Assembly: GCF_006345805.1 (NCBI RefSeq)
Contig: NW_021835996.1
Location: 124,001 to 188,000, forward strand
DNA: 64,000 bases
Direction of reading: 5' to 3'
Origin: Octopus sinensis
Taxonomy: Eukaryota
The stretch's first letter is position 1, and every line of letters begins with the position of its first letter. This document shows positions 26,901 to 40,759 of this stretch, piece by piece. The notes under the pieces are model-generated. The model worked only from the letters and a program-made list of their open reading frames with translations, was not told where the DNA came from and made no database searches. The position numbers and the translations under genes are program-made.

Positions 26901-28417
26901 GTTTGTCTCCAATTAGTAGATCACTTGCACTGTGATTGACATTCTGACAGAATTCATCCATTCGGAAGACACCTGTTCTGACTTGGGTTTTCTGGGTTGT
27001 TTAACTGTAGATTGCATGTGGGTTACAATGGTGAGGGAAATGCTTTCGAATATGCTCTATTCTCCTGAATATTACATCCCAGGTCTGAATTTGCTGTCCT
27101 CTCTACTGCCCTCTCCAATTGAGCTCGTCCAAACTTCTACTTTCCGCCTTCCGTGGGAAAAACATCTAATGGTAGTCAAGTCGGATATTGGCAAGATGCT
27201 CAGAACTCTTGGAAGTTGGTTTTGTGCACAAACACGCAGGTTCGTCCTCCATTCCAGTTCGACGTCGTCTTTTGCGAGTTTTGCGTCAACTTGTGGATTT
27301 GGGTGTAGAAATGGGGACATTTGTCATTCGGTGTCTCCTTTTGTTTTATTTGTAGGTCGTTGGTGTTGCTTGTGTGTGATTTTGTCAACGAGGGTGACGA
27401 CCTGATGGTTCGAGGGGATCAAACGATGAATCTTTGTGCCCTTTTCGCACTCGAGTTGTTTGTTGCCATTGCTGGAAAGACAGAAATTGGAATGTCTTGT
27501 TTTGCCGTGTCTTCTTCTAAATTCAAGGTCATGTTTGATCACATTTTGTAGTGAATCTGCATTTTTTGAAGCGTTTTTATTGACCCTTGTCAGGATATTT
27601 GAAGGCGACCCATCCAGAAATGAGGTCATGACTAATCTGGGTCAACAGATTACCGCGGTTTGACTTTATTTCAACATTTTAGACTTATTTCGAGTCTTTA
27701 TGTTCATATTTTCCATCAAATAAGGTTCTTTTGTGTTTATGAAGAGTTTCAGATTTTCCAATATTTGATGCCACTGTTTATAAACAAGACTTTTGGTCGA
27801 ATTTGTCAGGCTCTGATTCACCACATTCTTTGCTCAAGACGTGACTCGGTCAATGTGTCCATTCATACTGTTGAGTTACTGGCTTGTAGAGGAAATGCTG
27901 GATTGATATTTGAGTTAACCAAATTTAGGTTATTTGTAGAGCCTTGGGTAATATGAACTCACTGGGGTCTGATTTCCAGTCTTTTATTGATTCCTATTTT
28001 AATAGTTCCTCAATAGATTTGCTAATATCTGTCATTCGACTGCTGGGTTGTCTCGTTGCACATTCCCGTGACAGAGATGAGTCATATTTGACGATTCGGC
28101 GAATATTTGAATTGAATTATGACTGGTTTGATCATTTAGAGGCCAAAATAGAGGTTGGATATCCAAAAATAATTTTCAGTTTGTGGTCGGGCATTCAATA
28201 AATCTCAATTCATTTTTTGATTTTAATCCTGAATATGATTTTGATGACATATCTGAAAGTATGTGCCGTCATCGCTGTTTTAGAGATCCAGCAGCCATTG
28301 GAAGCTGATTTTTTAGAAAAGATTTACAGTTCTTGGCAGAATGGAGAGGCGACGAAAGAACATTATGGACCAATTCGTTTAAAAAAAAATTTAGGAAAAG
28401 AGGCATACCGAAAATAA
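23980..28417 (+). CDS. VIRMA: Virilizer/VIRMA (m6A writer scaffold), 3'-truncated at 28383
   Basis: The spliced N-terminus ILFSGTFTH...HVDCIDFP...LKEIRIIP...GCTSPNSF...VQYDQNS...TCLVLRGSYKNITLVVIG matches the VIR_N domain. YKGLLFLL occurs further in. Reads into inserted DNA and stops at 28417. Several single-base frameshifts. Confidence 0.85.
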
Positions 28418-29786
28418 ATTCTATCTTCACGAAAAACTTAACTAAATAGCTAATATTTTTACGCAAATTCTTCTGATTGCGCTGTCAATTGGTGGTAAAT
28501 TGTGTTAATGATTGTGCTAATGTGGTTTCAACTATCAAAGTGTTTTTCAAAATCAGTTAATTGCACACTCTATTCAAGGTCGTGCGTCAATTGGTGGTAA
28601 ATTGTGTTAATGATTGTGCTAATGTGGTTTTAACTATCAAAGTGGTTTTTCAAAATCTGTTAATTGCACACTCTATTCAAAGTCGTGCAATCTGTGATTG
28701 CACATTCTGTCAAAGTCAAATATGATAATAGCTTTAATTTTGATTCATGGTCGATAATGATATATGCATTTAATTTTAAAGAGAAAAACATAGGATGAAT
28801 TGAATTTCTTTATCGCGAATAATTGGGAGTTCATCATTGTTAATATTCTCGCTGTCGTTTTCATCAAGGATATTCTTAATACGTGAGATTTTTGCCTTGA
28901 AGGTTTTAATGGACCTCATCATGAATGTCGAGGACATTCGCGTTGTTCATTTTAATCAAAATGCAGAAAATAATTTTTTGATTTTTTGGGGGGAAGGTTT
29001 TAAGGACTTCATCATGTAAGTCGAGGACATTGTAGTTGTTCATTTTAACCAAAATGCAGAAAATTTTTTTTTAATTTTTTTGGGGGGGAAGGTTTTAAGG
29101 ACTTCATCATGTAAGTTGAGGACATTGTAGTTGTTCATTTTAACCAAAATGCAGAAAATTTTTTTTAATTTTTTTGGGGGGAAGGTTTTAAGGACTTCAT
29201 CATGTAAGTCGAGGACATTGTAGTTGTTCATTTTAACCAAAATGCAGAAAATTTTTTTTTAATTTTTTTGGGGGGGGAAGGTTTTAAGGACTTCATCATG
29301 TAAGTCGAGGACATTGTAGTTGTTCATTTTAACCAAAATGCAGAAAATTTTTTTTAATTTTTTTTGGGGGGGAAGGTTTTAAGGACCTCATCATGTAAGA
29401 AAAAAATTTTCTGCATTTTGGTTAAAATGAACAACTACAATGTCCTCGACTTACATGATGAAGTCCTTAAAACCTTTCCCCCAAAAAATCAAAAAATTAT
29501 TTTCTGCATTTTGATTAAAATGAACAACGCGAATGTCCTCGACATTCATGATGAGGTCCATTAAAACCTTCAAGGCAAAAATCTCACGTATTAAGAATAT
29601 CCTTGATGAAAACGACAGCGAGAATATTAACAATGATGAACTTCCAATTATTCGCGATAAAGAAATTCAATTCATCCTATGTTTTTCTCTTTAAAATTAA
29701 AATTAAATGCATATATCATTATCGACCATGAATCAAAATTAAAGCTATTATCATATTTGACTTTGACAGAATGTGCAATCACAGAT
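28384..29786. mobile_element. Helitron-internal fragment folded back on itself: 2x102-bp repeat, about 5x95-bp repeat, about 380-bp inverted arms
   Basis: 28384-29399 matches about 62436-63450. 29400-29786 is the reverse complement of 28690-29069. Confidence 0.85.
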
Positions 29787-30075
29787 ATTTGTGGCACATT
29801 TCAAGCGTCGAGTGCTGATGCTGAACGTGGATTTAGTTTGATGAACTGTATCAAAACTAAACTACGTAATAGACTTGAGATTGACCATTTGGAGATGATC
29901 ATGCGAATCAAGTTCTATTTAACAAGTGGGAATACAGTGGATCTTGATCGAGTATACAAATTTTGGATACAAAATAAAAACAGAAGAGAATATCCAATTG
30001 ACTAGACCTATTTTTTTAACCATTGGTTTTTTAATTGTAAAATTTCCCCCCCCCAAAAATTTTTTGCACACGTCA
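29787..30075 (+). mobile_element. hAT transposase C-terminal dimerisation fragment with probable right end
   Basis: TFQASSADAERGFSLMNCIKTKLRNRL...MIMRIK. Followed by a C-run and GCACACGTCACT, a likely TIR. Confidence 0.75.
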
Positions 30076-30127
30076 CTTTATAACGCTGCACAATGCAATG
30101 TGCCCAGCGCGCATAGCTACCACTCGC

Positions 30128-30387
30128 TTAGAGGGAACACTGCTTGCGATGTGCCTGTTCAAATTCATTATCGGCCCATTTGATGGTGAGATAGCCCAGT
30201 GTGATGGCTAAGTGATTGTGGCACTACTCTTACTTGTGGCCACAGTTATGAAACTACGTTTGAAGCGATAAATCAATTTGGGAATTCCGTTTTTGAAATA
30301 GCCTGGATATGCTTTTTGTGCAAAGGGGGAAATTGTAAATTCCACAACTCCGCGAATGTGAGCCAAGTTTCCAAATTCTTTTCCCAT
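30128..30387 (-). CDS. UQCRQ: QCR8 copy B; canonical GT-AG intron but the last 9 codons replaced by QCSL*
   Basis: Same N-terminus as copy A. The 26-nt intron 30208-30233 starts GTAAG. The ORF ends AHRKQCSL* because homology stops at 30143. Confidence 0.82.
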
Positions 30388-33300
30388 CTACAAATATAAA
30401 AACTGCCACACAAGCGTACACTCTAATGTTGCGTTTTAATTATATTTATACTTTAATAAAAACTATATAAATTATATTTTTGGTGACAAACACTAATTTA
30501 ATCAGATTAAAAACAATTTAAATATTTTTGAAAAATTATTCAATCATAATTGTGTTACCTATCTTAGTCTACGTAGTTCACCGTCCAAAGCCTTATTTGT
30601 GGAGTTTCTCCATGATGTTTTTCAGATCTTACCAGATCACCTACCAAAAACATAGAATAAAGATATTTAAATGATAAAGCTTCCAAATTGTTTTTTATGT
30701 ACTTTTATAAATTCAACTTGAAGGCTTTTTGACATCGAATTCATAAAATATTGGATCATCAATTTAGAAATAATAAGTTCCATTATTTTCATTTCTAAAG
30801 ACCTCAAAGCTTATCTTTTTAAATTTTAGTTTTTGAAAACATCTGAAATTAATCTTACCCTGCTAATACAAGTTTAAAAAAGAAATGGTTGTCCAAAATA
30901 TGGTCAGTATGAAAAGTAAAATGAATTTCTAACTAAATGAGAGGTTGGGATGAAAAATCCAAATTGATGCTCGCCTATCCAGTCTTTTCCTGACATTTAG
31001 TCAGCGAGAAGCCCTGGACTGCACTTTTCTGGAGGTCTACAAAGCCAGAAAAAAGAGAAAAATGCGTGGAGTGTCATTCCCTGCTCACTTTGAAGACTCA
31101 GAAATTAGTTATGCAATTAATTAGTTTCTTTTTATTAATAAATCAAAGTTATTTTTGGTTAGTACATTACAATTGATGAATTTTAGCACTTCACATTCCA
31201 TTTCCAATTACAAGTCTGTATTTGGGAATCATAAAGGAGATTTTCGGGGCAATTAACAACAAATCCTTTATATCCAACATGTGAACATAAAACAAACTTC
31301 GAACATTCTGGATGTTTATGAATGCCAGGTTTGGTACAAATCAATTCTAGATTTAGTTAAAAAACAACCTCCATTAATAATTTTGAATCCGTCTAAATTG
31401 TCCGTTGTCATTTTTTTAGTATTTTTTTCATAATTGTTTTTTGTAGCTATGACATATATTATACTAATAACATGTTTTTTGAAATGTCGTTTTCATCCTG
31501 TTTTTATTTGTTTTAATAGAATTATTCTTCAAATTTATTTAAAAACCAACATGAACGGATGATATTTTACTTTGCTTGGTTGTATTTTCTGAAGGTTTAA
31601 AATTAATTATATCAAATTCAGTTTCACCAACTGAGTGCGTTGTCTAGTTTAATAAATTTACAAAAATAACAAGCATAGCAGTTTCATTTTTATCAACATT
31701 GTTGTTATAAATTTTTTTGCTATTTATCCAGTCCTATAGTGTTTAGTTTCTACAATAGTTACAATTCCTGGATAAATTCCCAATGATTCGTGCATTTGAC
31801 CAATCAGTGGACTTTTCCCTTGATTACATATTTTTCCCGAAAAGTCGTCAAGACCCAGTGTCCAGACCATCATTCCTCGCAAAGAATTTTCTTTCACGTA
31901 TTTTGCCATTTAACTATTTCAAAATATTGTACCTTTTCTCGAATACTTCTTTTTGTCTCGATTCCAATCCAATAGTGATTTTTAACTCCGTGAGACACTT
32001 TTTGTTTATCGTCCCAAATTTCTTGATAATTTTCATTGCAATACTAAGTTATACATATAAATAAAACTTCGATAAAGCCTAAAATCCCTGGAGTATATAA
32101 TACGTTTCCTTGAGGAGTCCCTCCAATTTTTTTATCACCAAGCTTTCCGTTTTTGTTAGCAATTTTAAACCCCCGTCCATATGTCCCCAACCCGATTACT
32201 AATTTCGACCTATTTGCTCCATTTTTGATGTAATAATTAACTGCAAAATCCTAAATTGTGATAAATCATGGTTAAATACAGTATTGAACTCGTCATTATC
32301 ATTTGTCCCGTAAAGTCCGCTATGATGCCCAACAGAGTTCGAAAATTGTCCATAAAAATCATACGTCATTAAAAAAATTAAATCAAGATATCTAAATAGG
32401 AAGAAAAAAATACTTCGATAAATCTGGAATGTTAAATGAGTTATCAATCGTTGATCTGCCAGCAGAAACTGCCGCAGTCAACATGTATTTTTTAGATTTA
32501 TTCTTTTTAAAAACATTACTCATTATCTATTTGTAAAAATAGATTCGAAAACTTTGATTAGTCGAGAGAAAGATTCCTTTTGATTGTTTGGATATTCCCA
32601 ATCAATATCAAAACCATCAAAATTATATTGAGACAAATATTTCATTGTGTTTTTTGCAAAAATATGTGCATTTCTCGCACTTTTTGATATTGTAGTAAAT
32701 TCTGAAAGTTGCCTTGCCCATCCTCCCACAGAAAGTAATATTTTCAGATCAGGATTTACTTTTTTTAACGACGTAACTTTTTCAAAATTTCCCTTTCCAT
32801 CTAAAAATTATTTAACCCATTAAAGAACAATTTTTTTCTAAATCAGAATATTCGTCCGTTGATGTAGGTTTCAAATTAACAATATCAATATTACTGAATG
32901 CATATAATATATGTGTGCAAAGATATGGATACATGTCTTCAGCTTTATAAGAAGCTAGCCCATTTCGATAAACTGCCCAATTTGTGTAATAACAAGCCAA
33001 AATTTTATCTAACATAAAATATTAGTTTAACCGTCTTTTTTGTTCTTAACTATAAATTGCTGCATTAAAAAAATCTAATTTAAACGTTATTTGTATAACA
33101 TAATACTAGAGCCAACATTTAATTACATATATACTCAGTTGTACATTTATATTGCAACTAATTAAATTTTTCTGTTACAGGCAGACACCTGCTTATAATT
33201 TGAATTTTATAATCATGATTAGTAAAATTGATTAACGAAAAGAAGTTAATTAATTCCACAAATAATATTTTCCCCTATAATCCAACAAAAATAAAAAAAA

Positions 33301-33704
33301 CTTAAAGTAATTCGTTATAATAAAATATCGTATTTTTTCCATTTAACTTAACATTTCCGATAGGCTAGGAATGTCAACGGCGTTAATCTCAACGTGGTTT
33401 AAAAGCATTTGGAATAAATTCAAATGGCATTCCAGATTTATACGTATCTTCAAATAAATTTATAAACTTGTGATATACAGTCGTCTCCAAAAAATTTCCC
33501 ATAAGGCAGGACTTTATCAAACCCCATACTATTGACACAAAATAACAGATTGAATGGATTCCTTCAGCTAAATATAAAAATTAATGGCCATAGTGCCTTT
33601 CGGTTGTTTTAATTTTTGGTTTTTGAACAGAAACGATATTCCTGCAGTGAGTTTCAATTTTTAAAAACTCTCTATTTGAATGAAGTAGAGCACTTTTATT
33701 CTAA
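30143..33704. repeat. Segmental duplication copy B (main block)
   Basis: Near-identical to 13807-17567 except for the 190-bp LINE insertion in copy A. Confidence 0.95.
31183..33118 (-). CDS. GH18 chitinase + CBM14, copy B
   Basis: Exon translations are identical to copy A in the ORF track. The differences seen (32276 indel, 32547 SNP) fall in predicted introns. Confidence 0.9.
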
Positions 33705-34099
33705 TAATCGTACCAAATGCCCTTAAGAACGTATCCATTTATTTTAAAGTTATCCTAAAGTTCTATAACCAGTAAAAGCAGGTGGAAATAAAATAATAAA
33801 ACCCCAAATAAACTGCTCATCAATCATATGAGTGTTCAAATTACTTGTGGTCAGATAGTTAATCACTCCATAAGCGAAGTATATTTAAAAAATGCAAAAA
33901 TATATTCACGTTTTCAAAGTCTCATTTTGGGAAGTCAAAATTGACATTGGTTACAACGGGATAAACTCAAAATGGCAATCAACCGTTTTTAACGGATCTG
34001 CTGTGAAAATAAATGGCAAACCAACAAAAATCAAATTTTCGATAATTGATGAAAAACAGACATTGTAATTTAATAATGGTTTCCATTCTATTCTGGATC

Positions 34100-34600
34100 C
34101 CACGTGTTGGACAAGAATGGCGGGGAACGCTTGGATAAAGTGACACTTTTCACTTTTTTGAACGAAAAGAAACTTCACGTGGGTAAACTTCTTTTTTTCA
34201 AAGAAGATCTTCAAATACTAATGTCTCATAAAGGGTCACATTTTTACGCCAAATGGAGTGGCGACCGCTGTATGCTTTGGAAAATTTTTGTTTTTCTTGA
34301 AATCAGAGAACTGCCAAAGGATTAAAAAACAAGATTTTTGTGAGATGGCAGACTCTTAGAGAAGATCTTGGTTGCTTCTCTCAGTAGAAATTCACGAATA
34401 CCCCAATACGCATTTCGATTGTTGTAAAACAAACCCGATATTGTGGTCCACAATAAATTCACCGGGAGATTGTTATTGAAAAGATGGACATCACGTGCCT
34501 AGATCGTTTGCATACAGGAAAAGTAAAGAAAAGGAGGCATTATGATCTTCTTGAAAACAAGCCATGGATTTTTGATATCGTTTGTTACTGAGCAAATTAA
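34100..34600 (+). mobile_element. Highly degenerate R4/NeSL-like RLE remnant
   Basis: NKPDIVVHNK and IEKMDITCLDRLHTGKVKKRRHYDLL resemble the NKPDI...IEVGITSQD...EK.RKYD RLE motif. Confidence 0.5.
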
Positions 34601-36304
34601 AATTTTTTTAATTTTTACTCTTTTAAAAGACCAAAATAAACAAGCTGTTATATTCAAAAGTAAACTTTTTAATAAACAAGCATCAAAGTAAATTTGAATT
34701 TGCCGTCCTTTTGAAGAAGCTTTCTATCCTATCTGTTTCGGTCTCGTTTAATTATGACTTTGATGATGATTATTTCATTTTTTCTTATCGGCTTGCCACG
34801 CTGGTATCAGTTGGTGTGGCCCTATCAACACGCACCAGTCCAATCGAGATAAGTGATTGAACTGAATAGCTTTTTTATTATTTTTTTTGATGAAAAATTT
34901 TTGAAAAACATGAATATACTTCACTCCTTGAATTTTCTATCAGAGTCGTGATGTTTCTTGTTGTTGGCTTTAATTGTGAGCAATTCTTCTCCCAATATTG
35001 TGGATGAAGGCTTTTGTGAGTTTTCTAAAGACTTTTTCATTGATAACTCGTTTTTGCGAACTTATGCTTTTTTGAGATGCGAATCTTCCAAATTCTACAT
35101 TTTAATTTAAGACTTTTAATTCTCCTTTATCAAAATGGAGACTAAACATTGTCTAAATTTCTGAAAAAGTTTAGTATTCAAAAGGGTTTAATATTTCTGT
35201 TTAATCTCAAAAATGGAACAAGTCCAGGAAATCAAAAACTTTCTTAAGATTGAACCATGAAGAATACAAATCATTACTATTATCGCAGTTTTTTCATCGA
35301 TTTATAAATGTCTGGCCTTTTTCAATGCCTCCTTATTTAAGGTGGTTTTTAGAAATCAGACAAAAGCCATGAAAGTAGTCAGAGTTGCTGTTCACGTATT
35401 TCGATATCAGTTTACAAACAAACCCCGAATTTTATTTGTATTAGCATCAAAGTAAAAACATTGATCCATTAATCCTAAAATTAATTCGATTCAATTTTTG
35501 ACAAGACAGTGTCTTTATTGCGCATTCGATAAAGTAAAACGATTAAATCATTCTTTGCCGCTTTTTAATAATGTGTCATTTCTTATCTACCGAATTAGGG
35601 ATGTTTTCGCTAAAATATATGATTTCATTGCTCAACGGTCAGATTATTTAAGCTAAAATGATTTATTAACCGGAAAATGTACAAATTGTGGGTTTTACTA
35701 TTTAGTTAACAAATAGAGTTTCAAAAAAGCATACTTCATATATGTATGGAAAGACAAGAGAATAGTCAATATAAAAAAATCGAGGATTTATTTCTGAAGA
35801 ATAGAATATTAGCATCATCCAGAAGAATATTAACTTCACCCTTAAATGAGTGTAAATCTTTTGAATTTAAACAGATTTAAATCTAATAAATCTAAATTTA
35901 TTCCAATCTATTTTTCACAAGAAAATTTAATAGCTCATATAAACTAAAGTGCATAAAATCGGCTTACTTTGCGCAAAAATAATTATCATTAAAAATCGAC
36001 AATTTATTTGAATATTGATTTTTTTATTTTAAATCCTCAAATATTATGTGGTTTTTAAAGCTTTATTTAATTATAACTATTATTATGAGCTATTTAATGA
36101 CATGAAATGTTAATCAGGACATAAGATTCTACGACAACCCTCATCTCTTATGTTCATCTTCTATAGCCGGTACTGAGGGAAATGTGTGTTTCTAATTCAG
36201 AAAAACCATTATTTAATATTTAAAATTATTTTTATTAAGTTTAATAATTATCTGTGGTTTATGCAGTTTTCATAAAGTAATAAATCATAAAAGATTTAAA
36301 TTAG

Positions 36305-37431
36305 ATGAAATCTATAGCAGCCTGTCTATATGAAGACAAACTAAAGCATATAAATTATGAAAAATTGGTGATTCTCTGTCGGTTTCAATAATCTTGATTA
36401 AATATTTTCCAGGAAAAAAAACATAAATCTTTTCAAAGTTATAATATGGGTTATCATGAACTAGTTTAATTTGAACCATTTTAATGAATCAAGTAACGAC
36501 AGCCCAAGTGCATTTTTACACAAATTTAAAAATCCACGTGACACAAATACCCTCAAATTCATTGTATAAATATAATATTGCAATCCACTTAGAAATTGTT
36601 ATCTCAGCACCCCGAAGCAATCCCAATAGACCCACCCACTGCCATACTTCGGCTTTATGATCGATTGGAGCAATACAAAGGTTTGCAGGAATGTTTTGAA
36701 AACGGTGGTTTACTTACTTGGACGTTAGACGAGAGAATTTTCTGTCCTTGGTTCGCTCCAATAACTCCCGAACTGGTTCCTCCTAATTTTCCGATAAGTA
36801 AAATGTGATAATTACAATATTCAGTAATCAAGACCGTCGACGCCTGTGCAGTGAATGCACACTCCGTTTATAATTTATAAACTCAATTCTCGATAGATGT
36901 CCATCGTCTTTGATTCCGCGAGTTTTGGAGTCCTGACAGACCGCCTGGGACAGGAATACCGGAACCACGACGGAGTTATGTTCAAAATATATGTCATTGG
37001 TCATTATTACAATGTCCAAGCTCGCCAGTCAAGCACTAACATGTTTCCAGGTATTAAAAAATTTTTGTAAGGCTCAGACAAACAAGAGCCAATCGAGTTT
37101 CATTCACAGTCTATTTGCAAGAAATCTATTGCTGACTCGGCTGATCGACTCATTCCCTGGAACTCGCCAGACGATGAGACAATAAAATCTGCGGCCTTCG
37201 TGATTTCAAAGAAATTTGGAATTTCGTTGTTCGGATTTGACGTTCTAAAAGATTCTCTAACAGGCAAAATTGCGATAATTGACATTAATTATTTTCCCTG
37301 TAAGTGTTTTGAGTATATTTACAGCATATGATAATATGGTGTCTGTTTCTGAATGCTTAGCATCGTTTTTTGAGACTACTCTATCGAGGGATTACTCCAG
37401 GGAATTGGCTGCGTATGAGAGAGTAATCTAA
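36305..37431 (+). CDS. ITPK1: Inositol-tetrakisphosphate 1-kinase (ATP-grasp)
   Basis: Spliced: LCRKKN...AFLHKF...QHPEAIPIDP...FPIIIKTVDACAVNAHSMSIVF...QEYRNHDGVMFKIYVIG...FGISLFGFDV...AIIDINYFPSY. Six introns of 21-31 nt. Confidence 0.9.
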
Positions 37432-38143
37432 TTCATTTTTTCAATAAATTATTTGGTTTCAATTGTTTCCACCGAGTGGTAATACCAAAAATTTCGATCG
37501 ATGTTCTCTTGCTCGGCACTATTTTTAAAAGTTTGTTTTAAGGAAAATATTTTTTGGTTAAACTATTTTTTAGATAAAATGTTTTCTATTAGGCTAGACT
37601 TAACATGCAAACGTCTACTAGATTTTTTTAAATAAAAAAATTCGAATTATTTCATACACTAAGGAGAATAAAAATCAATCGACGTCGAAATTGGTAATTC
37701 GCAGAAAATGATCAGTATTCTATAAATATTTGATTAAGTTGATAAAAATTAATTCATCATTCACGAATTAGATGAGATGGAAGATTGGCTTAATTAATTC
37801 TGATTCTTTGATTTTTGATTGTTAGAATAAATAACTTGCAAAAAATTCTTTTGTGAATACCGAAGAAGCATCAAAGATACCTAAAAATTAAAAGCATTTT
37901 TTATCAAAAAGAAAAATTTCGATATAAATTTCCCTGAGGTGAATGCCGTCATAGGTCATATGCTGAGTCAATATTTTTTGTCGGTCATAAAAGATGACAA
38001 AAAGAGAGGATATAGTATACTAAAAAAGACAATTAATGTACTTCCTTTTATAAAAATGGATGAATAATTTTAGATTTTAATATTCGGATATCTGACCTAA
38101 TTAGATTGTTTAAATTACATACCGGCGCTCAATTCTTTACTAA

Positions 38144-39724
38144 ATGTCTTTGACAAGTAATAACACAACTCTTATAATTCAGCATTAGAAAATGTCCGAG
38201 GGAGAGGAATAGTAGTAGCATCTACATTTTTTTGTTTGAGTATTATGTATACACAGAGAGTCAATCTAAATGTGGTTGCTGCAGAAATTGTTACTGTTGA
38301 CCAAAATAACACAAAGAATGTAAATAAGCATATATGATTTCAAGAAACTGTTTGTTTGGACTACTGGAGAACGAGGAGGCGCTTTTATGTCGTTTTATAT
38401 AGGATACACTCTGACTCAAATTCTTGGTGGAGTGTTGGCTAAAAAATATGGTCAAAAATTAATTCTTACCATCTCGATCATAATATCAACTGCAATGTGT
38501 GTTGTTTCCCCCGTGGCAATTGAATACTCTGTTTATGCCCTGATAGCTGTGAGAATAATCATGGGACTTGTACAGGTCTAAAATGTTTTAAAGTTTTTAG
38601 GCATGCCTTTTGCCTGCAATCTTTCTCATTATTGTGAACTGGTTTCCGGACAATTATCGAAGCACAGCCAGTGGAATGATCATACCAGGCATTTTTTGAT
38701 TGATAATTTTCAGGGACCAATGTTGGTTCTATTTTAGCTTTTTCGGTTGTTTCTGGACTGGCAAAAAACGAGTATCCATGGAGTGCTTCCTTTTATATTT
38801 TTGGCATATTTTTAGCAGTTAATTTTATTTTCAGGAGGTTTAGCAACTCTTTATTTAATATTTTTTATTGTCTTTTTTACCGACTTTCCAAAAGATAACA
38901 AATGGATCACTTTAACAGAAAAAAAATTTTTGGAAGAAAACGTTGGCTTAAAAACTTCCAGGACTATAAAGGCAAAATTTTTATTTTATTTTTAGGATTT
39001 CCCGTGGCGTCAAGCACTGACCTCAAAAGTATTTTTATCCTTAATATTTGCGCATTCTGCGGGGACATATAGCCTGTTTTTTATTATTAGTTATATTCCG
39101 TGGATAATCGACGGGTTGTATAATATCCAAGTAAAAAATGTATTTTTGAATAAATAATAAATTGCAAACGGAAATTACATTTTTGGTTCCAATCCTTATT
39201 TGGCTTGGAGGATTTGTTTCATGCTATTTATTTGACGTTCTTGCCCAAAGGAAGGTAATGGGGAAATTAAAGTTGAGAAAACTGCTTCATTTTCTTGGTT
39301 TCTATTAAACATAAATTATATTAATCAGGACAGATTCCAGTAAGCATCTTCATGTTGTGTGCCACTCTAACATCTAATAAATTTGGAGGGATTACGTGCA
39401 TTATGATTGCTTGTTTTTTGATAGGAGTATCTCTTTCTGGGGCCATGCCAACTATTGTCGACATTGGACCAGATTATAGCAGTATATTGATTGGTATTGC
39501 AAACACACTGGGGTCTATTTTTGGAATCATTGCAATCTTTTCTACATCTGAGATTGTGACATTGAGAGTTTGATCAAATAATATTTTAGCATGATTTTAA
39601 TCAATGGAGGATTGCTTTTAGCATAATGCTTGCAGTCCATTTCGTATCAGTCTTGTTGTTTACAGTTTTTGCACAAATCGAGATTCAGACATGGGCACAA
39701 ACTAAATCAGTTTCCGAAAAATAA
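38144..39724 (+). CDS. SLC17 (sialin/VGLUT-like) MFS anion transporter
   Basis: YTQRVNLNV, SFYIGYTLTQILGG, RIIMGLVQ, FPWRQALTS, DIGPDYSSILIGIANTLGSIFG, EIQTWA. About 10 introns, of which three are GC-AG and one lacks an AG acceptor. Confidence 0.9.
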
Positions 39725-40759
39725 CTAAAGCTAACAGTTAATTCCACAAATAGTTAATAGTTAACTTTGTTTTCTCTGTTGAGTTCATTTATTTGGCTCG
39801 AAAACCAGGATTGTATCAAAAACAGTTTTTTTCACAAAGTACTTTGTAACCTCGCATAGGCAGGACACACATATAATTTTTTAGTAGAGAACAGTTAATG
39901 AAAAGTAATTGTAGAACAAACGAAATAATCTGTATTTCTTTGGTAATTGTAGCGTAACCAAAATAATAATTCTGCCAACTTCTGGAATCCGTAGTGAAAT
40001 AGTAATATTTTTTCTCAATTTAGAAATGTAAAAAATCTGTCCATGCCAGTAGAATAACTTCGCAAAACAGCATAGCTCATAGAACAATGACGACCTTTGT
40101 ATTTCCATCTCGGTCCTTTTTTTCTTAGATTAATCATCGAATTTCAAAATTTAAAGACTTAACAACACTTTTCATAACACACAAAAATAACAAAATAAAA
40201 CGAGATTTAAGTCAACTAACCCTGATCATTGACTAACACAGCATTTATTAAATAATTCAAATCAAATCTACTCATCTTCGCTACTACAATATGACACCAG
40301 TCCATTCGAAGGTGAATCAACCACCGTCTTTTTACACACAGGAAACGACGCGCATTTAAAATCAGTGGCATGAAACGCCTTTGTAGCAATATCAGCCATT
40401 CTTTGGTTTTTACCTACCAAATTGTTGATCATCTTGAATATTTATTAAATTATGAAAATGGAAATTTATTTCTGATTTCAAAATAAATAAATGTTTTGAG
40501 AAAAAAGCAGCATTTTCAAAAAATTTAATTCTTCTCAATTTATCACACAATATGTCCTTAATTTGAATGGACATTTTTCGAACGAACTGTATTATTACTG
40601 AGAGTGGTCTTTTTATTATCTTTGAACGATTTTTGCACATTTTTAACGAAATTTTAAAAGAAGGAATAACAATATTTTCAGCAAGAGTGTGGAGATAACC
40701 ATATTGGGCAGTTAACTCTGCTATTACAGCCAAATGTAATCAATTCAAAAGTGAAAATA

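Noticed and set aside
28837-29633. Repetitive ORFs (MVKMNNYNVLDLHDEV..., MLIFSLSFSS...) as proteins
   Set aside because: They are incidental translations of the tandem repeat and its inverted copy.
34700-35600. Possible spliced minus-strand gene
   Set aside because: No consistent frame or recognisable domain could be assembled by eye.
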